Below are positions 24,671-38,279 of a stretch of 64,000 nt of DNA, in pieces. The DNA comes from Epiperipatus broadwayi (Eukaryota; Animalia; Onychophora). The stretch covers positions 15,438,001 through 15,502,000 of the forward strand of contig JAQFVV010000005.1 in the NCBI GenBank assembly GCA_028023455.1, read 5' to 3'. Numbering within the stretch: position 1 is the stretch's first letter; every line of letters starts with the position of its first letter. The position numbers and the translations under genes were made by a program. A model generated the notes under the pieces. That model did not search any database, was not told the origin of the DNA, and worked only from the letters and a program-made list of their open reading frames with translations.

Positions 24671-25409
24671 TTACTTTTTAATGTTTGAGTCTTTTTCAAT
24701 CGATTTTATTTTTATTTAAGAACTTTTCACTCAAAAATTGTTTTGAAAATAACTAATGCCATAGACTTCATGTATACCTTTTGGACCTTACCCTTTTAAC
24801 ATACAATCTAAGACCACAACTTTATACATTATTATGATCTTTGCAACTTTTTCAGCCACATATGTGCATGTAAGATGTTGATTGCACACATGGAACTTAC
24901 TGATTTGAGATTTATAATGTCTATTCTGATCAGTAGTTTTTCATTTAATCTACTTCTGCCAATGCTTTCAGCAATCCAATTTTTTTTATTCAGAATCATC
25001 CATCCAATGTCTGCTGAATAGATTTGATATTATTTACGCAATATGTGTATAATTTTTTTTTTATCATGCAATCATTTACAAATAAATAAATATTTTTATA
25101 TACATTTTTAATTATAAAAATATTTTTTATATTTTTATTATTTGGACTTAAAATCTTAGTTTCCTAACTGTTTGATCAAAGGCAGCACAGATTAATTATC
25201 ATAAATCGCCTGCATTTGTTGTATTTCTTTTTAATCAAATAATATTAAATTACAATAGAATATTATATTGTCAATACTGAATATGTATGCAAACTTTAAA
25301 GAGAGTAAATTCAATAGAAGTGGAAGAAAATTCAGTTGCAAGGTTTGACTTGTGCAGAGAGATGAAATTAAATAAAGTCTTTTAATAAAATATAAAAAAA
25401 AATTTTAAT

Positions 25410-25662
25410 TAAACAATTTTATTTAACTTTCAATAATGCACTAAATGATAGAAAAAATATATTTTTCTTATAGCACAATTTCGATGGTTATGTGAGTTAA
25501 TAAAATTGTGGAGGGCCCATGAATTAATGCAATCAATCATAAAACACTCATAGGGGCCCTATGATTTTATTTTTGGTCATATAACCATCAAAATTATGCT
25601 ACAAGAAAAAAGTATTTTTTACCTGTTAATGCATTATTGATCAAGTTAAATAAAATTGATTA
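25410..25662. mobile_element. MITE-like element, copy 2
   Basis: Imperfect arms of about 110 bp with an internal GGGCCC pair. The right end matches 24605-24670. Confidence 0.7.
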
Positions 25663-27419
25663 ATTTAAATTTATTTTTATTATAGTTTTTGATTAATATA
25701 TTGACACTATTTAGTTTTTTAAAAAAAATCTTATTAGTTATATATTGTAGGGATAGAATCCAATCCCCTCATATATATTATTAAATCAAGAGAAAATTAG
25801 CAGCCCCAAATTTTTTTTTCTTTATATTGTTTATGTGTATTATAGATATTTATGTGTGATTTTTCTTAATGAGTAGAAATGAAAAAAATGATGAATATAA
25901 TAAAGAAATAGTTAGTTGGTTTTGAACTTAGAGATTTCATTATATTATTTCATTTATTAGTTAAAACAGGCTAAAATAGATTGTTGAGTTGTTAAATCTA
26001 AGATAGATTAGCAGATAGATAATCTGAAACACATACGTGTGTTTGAAATAAAGATATGAATGTGTGAATCAATGATAACAGCTTTTGCAAATCTCACTAA
26101 CACATATATTTAGATTTTTTTGTGTGTGTTGTATAATTTTTTGACTTGTAAAAAAAAAAGGGAAAAAATTGTCCAAAAGAGGAGCGATTTTTGACATAGG
26201 AGAAGAGATTAATTTTTTTTTTTTTTTTTACTTGAAGGAAACCGCCAGTAAAGTTTTATCAGTTTCAAGTTGATGGGTTTTTTTTAAGATTATAGCGGTT
26301 TGTTTAAAAAGATTTTTGGCTGATTAATGAAGATAGATAATGAAAATTATGAAATAAAAATGGCTGAGTCAGAAAGAAATTGGCATATTATTTTTAAGTT
26401 CTAGTAAGTGAAAAAAGGATCAGAGAAGGAAAAAGCTTAAAATACCATTGAGAAAAAAGATTTTCAAGGAGCAAAATGTTGAAGTATTATTTTGTATGAA
26501 ATAGCCTGAGATATGTTGATAGATGAATAATTTTGTGTTTGAGTTATGGAAGTAATATATATACCGGAGTTAACTTAGTGGAAAAAATAAATGAGTTTTT
26601 ATCATGATCAATAAAGATCCAACCAAAGGAGAACCAAAAGTAAAATAGCCTGTTGCTTCCAAAAAAATGGACTCTGTATTTATATATATATTCTTAGCAG
26701 TTAGAGAAGAAATAATGCATTGTTAGTTGCATTTATTTTGTCCCAAGATCAAAACTACCATGATCTGATCATTTGTCTGCACACCTATATATGTATAAGA
26801 CCTAGAGAATGGCAGTATTCCTTGTTAACCATGTAAGAACCACATTTTGTCTTGTAGATCTCGTTCACATTCCATGGTTTATTAACTTCCCTCAATGCAG
26901 CAAATCTTTCACACATTTCAGCATATTCTGACGTTTTTCTTTGTCTCATATATCAACGTAAAATATATGATAAAATGGTTATTACTTATCAGAAAATAAT
27001 AAATTTGACTTCATTTGATCGATATTTTGTTTACCATTGAAATAAATTTTAAATGTTCACATTTTGTTTCTGTAAATATTAAAAAAATGGATTGCAATCA
27101 AAATAAAGACTTTACACATTGTCGTTTCTAGAAAGATTATTTTCAATTTATAAAATCAGCGGAATATTTTTTAATTCTTATTATTTTTAAACATCCAAAT
27201 GAATAATTATTTATTGCAAAATTGCGATATTTTCTTACTCGTAAATATAAAGTAGATTGTTTACGAGAAACTAATCTTGTAAATTGCTTCAGGCCATATT
27301 TACATTAGCTGCTAATATAAAGTTATATTTTTGAAAATAAAGTATTTCAAGTCAAAATAAGTTATTAATAATTTATATTTCTTGATATCTAATAAATATA
27401 GTGTAAATTATTTTTAAAA

Positions 27420-28015
27420 AAATTTCCAAAACCGTAATAAATTCGTTTTTGCGTCATTGGAAACTACAATGTCATAAAACGCCAAACGTTTTACAGCCTT
27501 GGCAACAGACAATGGCTGAATATGTCAGGGCGGGGCTTATGTCTATTGTAAAAGCAGGAATTTTGAATTTCTCACCTTTTAGCACAAAATTTTCGACAAA
27601 ACATTTATTATAATAAAATATACTGTTTTTTAACGTGTAATACGAAAAAATTCAACAGGGGGCGAATTAGTCAAAAAACGAAATTATTCGCTAGAAAGAA
27701 ACGAAAGGTTAAAGAATTATCATCTTTAAGGAGAAAGAAAAGAAGAAAAGATATATATAATCCGTACATCAAGCCTCAACTAATCTACCAAGCAAGTTTT
27801 AAAAGTTTTTTTATCTTATTAGCAGCGCCAAGAAATTCAAAAGTGTTTCAATTGATATATATGATGTTTTCAAGAGATACCAAGAACAGCAGGGACTGTC
27901 CAATTTTATTTTTATCATGAAAATTATAAAAAGAGAAAAAGTGAAGTGCCAGAAAAATAAAGAGAAATCTATGTTTCAGCTTAGAGATTCTCATCAAGAA
28001 CTGAAAAATGGATTG
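27420..28015 (+). promoter_or_regulatory. CpG-retaining promoter-like segment inside NOC4L intron 1
   Basis: GC box GGGCGGGGC at about 27529, CTCF-like CAACAGGGGGCG at about 27653, and a 33-codon ATG frame 27917-28015 ending at GTAATT. Confidence 0.3.
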
Positions 28016-28649
28016 GTAATTTATTAATGTTTTTTTTTTTTACTTATTTAAAAGTAATCATTTCAATCTTCTATGAATCAAACCTCGTTTCTTTTTATTT
28101 TTGATACATAAAAATTACGTTTTTTTTTTTAATTTATTATTAATATGCACAACAACATTGCAAATATATTTTTGAAGTCATTAGATTTAATTTTATTATC
28201 CTTGAATATTTATTTATTGCTATAAATAAAGATGTTTTTTATTTATTATTGTCATTTATTGGTTTACCTAGACATTAATAGGATAATCAAAAGACTTGAC
28301 CAATCTGTCAGTATATCTATAATGTTGTTTTTTTTTTAATTGCATATTTAAGTTTGATATAAAATGTATCTTTGCTTAAGATTTAAAGATTTTTTATATA
28401 TATATGATTTATTTGTAATTTAATAATATGAAGGGGAAAGCGTTTTAGCATTATACATGTCAACATATCACAGAGAATGTGTGTATATGAATGCATAAAC
28501 AAATATAAGTCAATTAGGATAAATTAGAATAGGTTATACTAAAATCTTAATGCTTAATAGGTTTTACATTAAGTGAGTAAATTAGTAGAGCATGGATGCA
28601 CATGTGTGAAAGCGGACACATACCGCGCAAATGATTATTTTATTGAATT

Positions 28650-30238
28650 TGATAACCTATATATTACTAAAAAGAGAGATGACATCCTGAAATTGGTAGA
28701 AGATTTTTATCAAGAATTATATAATAATAAAGAACAAGTACCTCCTATATCTATTACATCTTCCGAATTGCCCAGAATTTTAAATGAAGAAGTGAGACAT
28801 GCAATTAAATGTATGAAGAAAGGAAAGGCTCCAGGTAATAATGGAATTATAATTGATATATTAAAAGAAGCAGGTGAAAAAATAGAAAAAATGTTAGCAA
28901 AGTTATATACCAAATGTCTAAATGATAAAGATGTACCGGATGATTGGAAGAATGCAGTAATAATATTAATATTTTAAAAAGGTGATAAAGAAGATATTAG
29001 AAATTACAGACCTATCAGCCTTTTATCAGTTTTATATAAAATTTTTACCAAGATAATTACAACTCGTCTACAGAGAACATTGGATTTCCACCAACCAAGA
29101 GAACAAGCTGGATTTAAAAGTGGTTTTAGTAAAATAGATCATATCCAGGTATTGAGAGAAATTATAGAAAGGACAAATGAATATGAGTTGTCATGTTTTG
29201 GATTTGTAGATTATGAAAAGGCATTTGATTCTATAAACATTTCTTCAGTATTGGATCATCAAGGTATAGATCCAGGATATTGTCATATTTTAAAGAATAT
29301 TTATAAAAATGCAACAGTAACAATTAGATTACATAATGATACTGGGAAAGTCAACATTGAGAAAGGTGTAAGACAAGGTGACTATATCTCCAAAACTTTT
29401 TACAGCAGTGCTGCAAGAAATATTTTGTCGATTAAAATGGGAAAGGAGTGAAAATAAATGGAGATTATTTAAGTCATTTAGATTTTGCAGATGATGTAGT
29501 TGTTTTTGCAAATAATGCTTCAATGCTGCAGGAAATGTTGCAGGAGTTATCATATGAAAGTAGGACTAAAGATAAATGTTAAAAAGACTAAAGTAATGTT
29601 TAATCAATTTGCTCAAAATATGAAAATAAAGATTGATTATGATGAATTAGAAGAAGTTAACAGTTACAAATACCTTGGTCAGGTTATTAATTCAGATGGA
29701 AACATAATAGAGGAAATTAATCATAGAATTAAACTTGGTTGGAGTGCTTTTGGTAGAAATAACTTGATACTAAAAGGAAATATGCCTATGTGTTTGAAAA
29801 GGAAGGTTTTTAACAAATGTGTTTTACCAGTTCTTACTTATGGATCTGAGACTTGGACACTCAATAGAAGAGCAATATAGAGACCACTCAAAGAAGTATG
29901 GAGAGATGTATGTTGGGAGTAACAAGAAGAGATCGAAAACGCAATGTATAGGTAAGAGAACAAACAGGTGTTATGGACCTCATTGAAAAAATTAAAAGAT
30001 TGGAGTTGGGCTGGACATATTGTTAGAAGAGATGATAATAGATGAACAATTGAAATTTTAAACTGGATTCCAAGAGATTATAAAAGACCCAGAAAGAGAC
30101 CACATGCGAGATGGATGGATGAAATAAGAAAGTGTGCAGTGGTCATGTGGAGAAGAGACGCTAAAGATGGATTAAACTTGGAGAGACCTTCCTCCTGCAG
30201 TGGATTGATAATGGTTGATGATGATGATGATGATGATA
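28650..30238 (+). mobile_element. 5'-truncated RTE-clade LINE (RT domain with frameshifts), copy 1
   Basis: [52 protein letters not shown] and YGSETW motifs, ending in a (GAT)n tail. Confidence 0.95.
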
Positions 30239-30539
30239 GTAAAGCTGGGAGAAAATACTGAATAAATATTAAATGGAATGTTGTTTTTTTTGATATTGTT
30301 GAAATATTTCATTTTAAACCAGCTTATCTTAGATGGATATGAGCATATGTATTTAACTCTCTTATTTAGTTACACATTTAGTAATATTTTTATATTATTT
30401 TGATTAGTATAATAATTAAAGTTAATTTAGATGATCAGAAATTTATTTATTATTATTGAAAGAAAGGAATCTTAATAAACATAATTATATAATATATTTT
30501 TGCTTTAGTGTTATTGTTATTATTTATTTTTGTTTAATT

Positions 30540-31130
30540 GATTAATAACTCGTATACCTGATCATCATCAGCAAGGTGGTTGTTGCAATGGTGCTCATTT
30601 TGATTTAGTATATATCATAGATGATAGTGATCTACATATACATGCCTAGTTATATTGATAGTTATGGATTGTGTTAGTTATGATAAATATTCATCATCAT
30701 AAATGAGGATTGTAAAAAGTATTTATATGAAGATTATGGTTATGATTGTCATAACATTATTAAGTGATTATAGAGATATATAGAAGTAGTCCCACATTCG
30801 TAATTGAAATTGGATATAGATATGTAAATTGTATTAGTTTATTGGAATATCGATTATGACATATTGGGCTTGAAATATATAATAGATTTCCCTTAGGTCA
30901 CTGTAAAAAGGATTTAATCACATACCCTAAATTTATTAGTTTGAAATTATTGATGAATGAGCAAACAATTACCTAGATGTTGATGATAATCATGGATATT
31001 TTTCTTTATAGTTTAAGACATTCGGTAATTTAAGGAGATGGTTATCTCAACTTGAAATCAGTATATCAATTATATTTGTATGGTCATAAGTTTGGATGGA
31101 ATGGAAATATTAATGAGATACAGTATATAT
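30540..31130 (+). mobile_element. Possible highly decayed Penelope-like element
   Basis: Weak YIIDD-like and YRxxHxGxxxYxxFPxGHCK-like motifs in PLE order, with many stops. Confidence 0.25.
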
Positions 31131-32049
31131 ATATATATCATTTGGGGAATCTGTTGGCTTAAACTAATAAATCTCATGAGCTAGCCCTAGCTAACAGATA
31201 CTCCACCTGGATAGGGTTTCCAATTAAAATTAGAATGGTTACATGACTGGTAGCATATAATGATAGTTATAAGTAAAGCCTGAACCCTTCTATGGTAATA
31301 ATAAATCATTGTTTATTAGATGGTAATACTTAGTAAATTAGTTAATTTCATTCGACATTGTTTACTGTTACATATATATATATATATGGTTTTAATTATT
31401 CATTTGCTATAAAATATTTTTTCAGTTTTCCTTAATTAAACTTGTAGTCTGGCCTTTAAATTTTTTTTTAAAAAAACTTGAAAGAACATAATTACATTAA
31501 CCTGTTTAATATAATTTCACTTATCAATAAAATTTCATATAAAGAAACTGTATTGTAATTGCTTGGTAATTTAAATATATGGTTAATGTTATTTTATTGC
31601 AATTTTTTTATCATGTTATTCATGACTAATGTCATCTTTGTTTTGGTTTTATTTGTTGATATGAAATCAAAAAAAGATAAAGTGTGTTCATTGTGTGTTT
31701 GTTATTTTTGTTAATCTTCATTTATTTTGCAATATAATTTTTAATATGTATTCAAAGTTAGTACCAAGTTTTGCTATGATGAACTGCAGACTTGTCCATT
31801 AAACAAGTCATAAGTAAATGACTTACAAATAACTGTAGTAGCAATATTTAAATATATGTATATATATTATTCAGATCTGATAGAAGAAACGTTATATATA
31901 AAAAAAATAAGAGTTATTACTGAAAAGAACAAAATATTAAAAGATAATTAATCTTCTGATCTTGATTGATAAAACAATTATGCATGTTAATGCTAGAATT
32001 ATAAATATTGTATTATACTACTTTACAAAGTTTTTTTTCTCATGTGTTG

Positions 32050-32128
32050 TGGCATCAGCCAAGAAGCGAACCCGCTAGCCCGGGACAACTGCTTGCAAAG
32101 CAGATATCGCTGACCTCTCTACCACCAA
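32050..32128 (-). pseudogene. tRNA-derived (Ala-TGC-like) SINE head or tRNA pseudogene
   Basis: A-box-like TGGTAGAGAGG, anticodon arm CTGC-TTTGCAA-GCAG and B-box-like GGTTCGCTTC. The acceptor stem is not convincing. Confidence 0.45.
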
Positions 32129-34218
32129 AGCAAAGATTTTTTTTTTTTATCATTTATTTTGCTTGAAGTTTTTGATTGCAGTATATACTATTATTGTTTA
32201 CACCCCCTCACATTTTTTTTACATTCTCAATACAATAGGAAATCATTTACAACATTCTATTGTTATGAGCTATTATAGAAAGTTTCACGCTATTAATCGC
32301 ATTGATTTTCATTATTATCGATGTTGTTTTTTTAATTTTCTCATTTTTTTTAATAAACTATTTATTACCTTGTTAAAAATTGAATCAAGAAGTTTAATGA
32401 TTGTTCTCATATTTAGATTCAGTATATGTTGAGTGATCTATAGAAAGAAAATGCTTTGACAATAAAATCCATTATCTGAACTCTTGACTGTTTCTCAGCT
32501 ATTCTCATTGTTTTCTATCAATATATCACTTCTTAGATTTTGTTTTCATCCTTCACTGTTATACAAATGAATATTTGAAATAGTTGTTGCAATTGCAGAA
32601 ATTGAAATATATATTATATATATTGAAATACAATGTGGATTAATGTATTTATATTGTATTTAATAGTACTTTTTTTATTATTCAGTATTAAGTAAAACAT
32701 CTCTTTTTCACATGTAATTTTTGCACTACAAAAAATTTTATTAATTGATATATGACATTTCAATTGCTTGACAAACTTTTTCAAAGACCTAAATTAATAA
32801 ATCTCATATTGTGATATCAAATTTTATGTTCAAACACTAGCACTCATGATAGTCAAATATGCAAATAATTTACAAAGACTTCAGGATAAATCTAAACTGA
32901 TCTTTTATTTTACTAGCAAGTTTAAGCTTAATTGTACAAAATAATGAAATGTACTATAGAAACTAGTACTTAAAGTATGATTAGTTTTAAGTCTTACAAA
33001 GCTATAATAAAGTCAGGATGGTTTATAAAAGTTTCTAGATTAGCTTTTGTACCTCCAGCACTGAAAACCACTGAGTAGATATCTTTTATTGTCACAGAAA
33101 CTCCCATCTTTATGCTGAATTATATTGCTTCCCAGATTAGTCCTTTTATCTATTACTATAATATCCAAGTAACAATGCTCCTATCCTCTAAAATTATTGC
33201 ATGTTTAAATGTCTACTGATGAGTTTGATTAGTTAGCAAGTAAAGCTATTAGGTTTTTTTTTTTCAAACAGGAACAATTTTATAATTTGCATAAACTAAA
33301 ATTATGCCTTTAAAACTATGTATTTACTGTTGCTTAATTTACTACATATATAAATAAACAAAACACAATTACTTTTCTACACAGTCACTTATAATATTTC
33401 AACCAGAGGACTGATTTTCATCAGAAAGTTTTCTTATGAAAACCAGTATTTTGGTTAAAGGATTAAAAGTCTATGTGTATACAACTAATTGTGTTCATTT
33501 TTTATTTATTTATACATTTCCTTTAGTTTATATATTCGTATTATTTCTTCATCTATATAGACATTAAATACTGCCTTACAGTATACTATCAATTAAAAGT
33601 AAAATAGAAATTCATATAACAAACAATACTAGCCAATACAACAAAATTTTACTAAAATTTTGTTGTTTTGGCTAGTATTGTCGTGTTATATGAATTTCTA
33701 TCTTATATTTATACATTTAAATATTTTATTATACAGCATGTAACTATATTCTTTGTGTGTGTGTATATATATATTCATTTATTACAGTGAAAGAAATAAT
33801 AACAGTAATAATAATAATATCAATAGTAATGGCAAAACAGAAGATAGTGGTAGTATTAAAGTTAAATATTATAAATTAATTTTTGTCTAAATATAATTAC
33901 ATGGAATATGCGAATTTGATAAAAATTCTTCATGATTAGTATGAAGGACTGTGATGGTAGCTAAAGAACTGTCAAGATTTATAGTTGATATCATTGCTCT
34001 TAATGAAACTCATCTCCTAGAGGACGTCTAAGAGAATAGGTAGTGAGATACAAGTTTTTTTTTTTTTTAGAAAAGCAGGTCAGTCAATAAAAGAAGAATG
34101 CATGGTATTGGATTTGTTGTAAAGTCTAATTTAGTATATTCTATTGTTGGAAATCCTTGTATCATTCAAAAATTAATAGTGTTAAAATTTATCTTACACA
34201 ATATTATATCTCATCTTA

Positions 34219-34546
34219 AAACAGGCAAAACTCACTATACGTATGCCACACACAGCAAGCTAGAGTAATCAATGGATGCCAGAAGGCTTGTGCATAAAAT
34301 CCCCATCTAGTGCCTACTCATCCAATATCCCCAGACTAGTTTCTGGCTTGTAGCCTTCGTCAATGAGGAGCCTTGTCTGGGGATATTGGATGAGTAGGCA
34401 CTAGATGGGGATTTTATGCACAGGCCTTCTGGCATCCATTGATTACTCTAGCTTGCTGTGTGTGGCATACATATAGTGAGTTTTGCCTGTTTTAACAACA
34501 GTTATACACAAGCATAAGAGGTTGTGGTCATGTGATGTTTATTGGC
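34219..34546. mobile_element. Family A fold-back element, locus A2
   Basis: Minus arm 34219-34375 and plus arm 34375-34546, with unpaired 34337-34374. 15-bp TSD TTATATCTCATCTTA at 34204-34218 and 34547-34561. Confidence 0.92.
34328..34369 (-). ncRNA. Family A hammerhead motif with a C3-to-U change
   Basis: UCCUCA UUGACGA aGGCuacaaGCCa GAAA CUAG UC UGGGGA. Confidence 0.65.
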
Positions 34547-34648
34547 TTATATCTCATCTTATATGATTATAATAAACACAAAGTCGTAAAAATACAATTA
34601 AATATTTACAAATGCATACTTACAATATGTACAACTTATATCTTCATA

Positions 34649-35221
34649 TGTTAGGGACTTCAGCTGCCCTCCTAAATGTACCTACCACTTCTAACTATAC
34701 CATGACAGCTTGCCTCGTGTCTTATTCCCCTCCTAGATGCTTTCAGTACTAATGTAAACTTGCCTCACTGTTTTAACCATCAGCAGACGTGATTGCCGTT
34801 GATAGTAAATTGTTGTCTTCCTTACTTCCAACTGGACTGACTATTTATAGCCAGATCCCCTTCCATAATGAAAAATTGGATACCATTGGCCTGTTTCTAC
34901 TATTGGATATGTTATGTATTTATTAGTCCATGGTGATCCAATCAAGATAAGATGGAATCTGGACTAGTCCATTAGTTCAAGATAAGATGAGATATATGAT
35001 ACTAATGATCATTTTATTTCTTGTTGGATAGCATTATTACATCAATACTGATTTTAATTCACATATTGTTACAAATAGTAGATTTTGACCAAACGTTATT
35101 CTAAATAATAGTAGTGGGGTTGTAAATCCAAATGGTTTGCTATTATTTAATTTTTGCACAATGCATGAATTGTCTTTCACAAACACTATAAAATTGATGT
35201 GAATACATTCACCCTCAAACA
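34649..35221 (-). mobile_element. Possible solo LTR
   Basis: TGTTAGGG...CCCTCAAACA termini and TATAAATAG on the minus strand near 34845. No TSD found. Confidence 0.3.
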
Positions 35222-37699
35222 ATGGCATTTAATAGATTATGTGTTATTGTTAGAATTCAGAATGCAAGAGAAGTTCATATTACATGAGCCAGTACAAACA
35301 GTTGGAGGATCATAGATTAGTTTGTTCTGAGTTTAAAATGATAGATAAAATTTAAAAAAATTATATTCTAATGATATTTACAAGAAAATTGTTCATTTTT
35401 TAGAAGAATCTATATACTAAACTTCAGCAGCTATTAAATATTAAAATTAATTTGAATCTTCATAATTGTTATACTACTGAAGCATTAAAATCCTTTAAGG
35501 AATGTATTATGGATACAAAATCTATTTTTGGGTTCATTAAAAAGAACAATCGTGACTGGTTGTCAGATAATGGTCTTAGTGATGTGATTAAAAGAAACAT
35601 GACCCTTTCTGCTTGACAGAATTAAAAAATAAATATGGAACTTCATAATAAACATCTCAAATCAGATTTTCAGTGACTAACAAAAAGGCTTAAAAATATT
35701 GATAGAATATAATTGCACTGAAAAAACATATGAACCTGAGAAATGGTATCATAATCTTATTAAATCCAGCAATGGCATTCTTTTATAAGATGATGTCATA
35801 TCTTGAATAGTTGGAAGGAGTATTTTGTTCATCTTTTAAATATTCATACAAGATTTGAAATAATGGCTTTATCTAATTATATAGATTTGGACAAAAATAT
35901 CCAGCTTAATGAAATTATAATAGCTCTTTGTAATCTTAAAAATGGAAAGTCCTGATGAAATACCTGGAGAAGTTATAAAATATGATGTTAGCTTCAAAAA
36001 TATTGGACTTTTTTTAAGGAATATGTTGACCTGTGAAGTTATGCCACCTGATCTTAATGATTCTTTTATTGTTCCAATTTTTAAAAACAAAAGAAATAGA
36101 TATGGTTGCGATAATTATCATGAAATATCATTACTAACCACTACAACAAAGGCACTTTGAAAGATTTTGTTGCGTGAATTGCTTCCAATCATAGCTGAAT
36201 GGTTATCAGAATCTCATTGAGGTTTTAGAGAGGCTATATAGAGATGGATTTTGTTGCCAGACAAATGCAAGAAAAATGTCGGGAACAAAGGAGTGATTTA
36301 TATATTACTTTTATTAATTTAGTTAATTGAACAGGTCTATGGCATTGTTAGAAATAAATTGGTTGTTATCAAAATTCGTTTGTATTACATAGCTTTTAAG
36401 ATATAGTAGAATGAGATGAAGTGTTATTACTGCAGATGGAAAATCTGAAGTATTTGAAATAAAAGCTAGTGTTAAGCAAGAATGTGTACTTGCTCCAATA
36501 TTATTTTTGATTTTTATGAGTCTAGTCTTTGGAATTATTATAGCTGGTTTAATGAAATAGATGAAGATACAGAGTTTGGTAGTGGAAATTTCAATTTGAA
36601 TCGATTAAAATCGAAAACAAGAACTCATCTTCTTGTATTCTGAATTTACAACATAATGATGGTTATGCTATTTTTGCCAATTCAAAAGGTGATTTACAGA
36701 ATATATTTAGTGTTTTGAATCAACATATGAAGACTGGTTAATTGTTGTTTGAAAAACTTAAATTTTTTTATTAGTCAGTGACAGAAAAAAATATCCTGGA
36801 TGTTTTATTAATTTGAGAATGTAAACCAGCTGAAATGCTTTTGTACTTTTATAAATAGAAAGGTGGACTTCAATGTCAAAATACAACACAGATTCCAATG
36901 TGCTACAGCTGCTTTTAACAAGTTAAAATATAGAATATTTTATTATAGGGAAATAGATAATGCAACTGAGTTATATGTATATAATTAATTATATGATAGT
37001 GAGACTTGGATTCCCTATCCACTCAATATAAAGGCATTAGAGAAATTTCATTTAAGAATGCTGTATAAAGAATAGATCATAAAACTAATCATCTTGCTGT
37101 GTGTCATAGTATGGGGTCCATTTGTAAAATCACATCTTTATTATGTTAGACATGTAAAATGGATGAACAAGGCAAGATTTCTTAAAATGGTGTTTTATGA
37201 TGAAATTGAGCATGGTTTTCATGAGGGGGGAGGGTTCCTGTCTACATTATAAAGATTATTTCTAAGACATTTTAAGAATGCAGTGTTAATTATTTCTATT
37301 GGGAAGATATTGCATCGATTAGAATATATTGGTGAACTATAATTAGTCGTGGTGAAGGATTTCAGAAAGTAAAGTTTATTGCTGATGAAAATTAAAAAAT
37401 AATATAAAATATTGAGTAAACAGAAAAATGAACCAGCATGTTCTATAAATGGATATATTTGTTGTTCATAAGTTGATTTGTATAGTTATCGCTAAAGGCA
37501 TTTTTATAGTATTTTTTCTCTTGGAGTTATAATAGTTATACTCATTTACAAATGACTGACATTTTGTAATTATTGTTTCTACATACATGTATGTATAAGG
37601 TATATTTTTTTATAATTTAAAGGTTCAAAAAGTTGTTTTAAAATTATTTAATTATTATACCATATATATAAAATAGAAGATTGAAAATATCAGAGAGAG

Positions 37700-37905
37700 A
37701 AAGAGAAACTGGATTGGACATAAATTAAGAAGAGATTAAAAAGAGGGGACGGAAGAGATTGACATTATTGGATGATATAAGAGATGGAAAGGCTTATGTG
37801 GAATTGAGGAGATGGGCAAGGAAGAGAATGGAATGGAAGAATGGATGAACTGATGTAGTGACTACTCTTTGGACCTGTCTATTGGACAGACTACTATTGA
37901 TTGAT
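37700..37905 (+). mobile_element. 3' end of another RTE-like LINE
   Basis: NWIGHKLRRD..KRGRKRLTLLDDIRDGKAYVELRRWARKRMEWK. Confidence 0.7.
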
Positions 37906-38279
37906 ATATAAAATATTTAATGATAAATTAAACTAATCAATGGAATAATTTAATTTTGATCTGCAGAAAGTATAATCATCATCGATCAAGTCATCATTTT
38001 TTTCATTTACAAGTAATTGTAAATTATTATAAAAACAATTTTTTTTTTTTTGTTTCTTAATGAAGAGCTTTACTCTCAAAACAACAGTAATTAATGTTTC
38101 AGCCAAACCAAATTAGCTATTGTTTAATTAATTTATGAAGACATACAAAACTAAGCTTTTACTTTTATCAAATGTGTGTAATTGCAAGAATATGTGTGTT
38201 GATGGTTTAGTAATTAAGTAGTTTTTAAAAAAAAATTTTTTTTTTTTTTTTTGAAGATTTAATGTCATATATATGTACA

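Larger units (their letters stand above)
33900..37460 (+). mobile_element. Long decayed RTE-clade LINE (APE to C-terminus) interrupted by younger insertions
   Basis: APE-like ELSRFIVDIIALNETH and HGIGFVVK near 33965-34130. RT-like SPDEIPGEVIKY and IVPIFKNK..CDNYHEISLL at 35942-36160. An RTE-type C-terminal GG..YKD segment lies near 37220. Confidence 0.75.
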
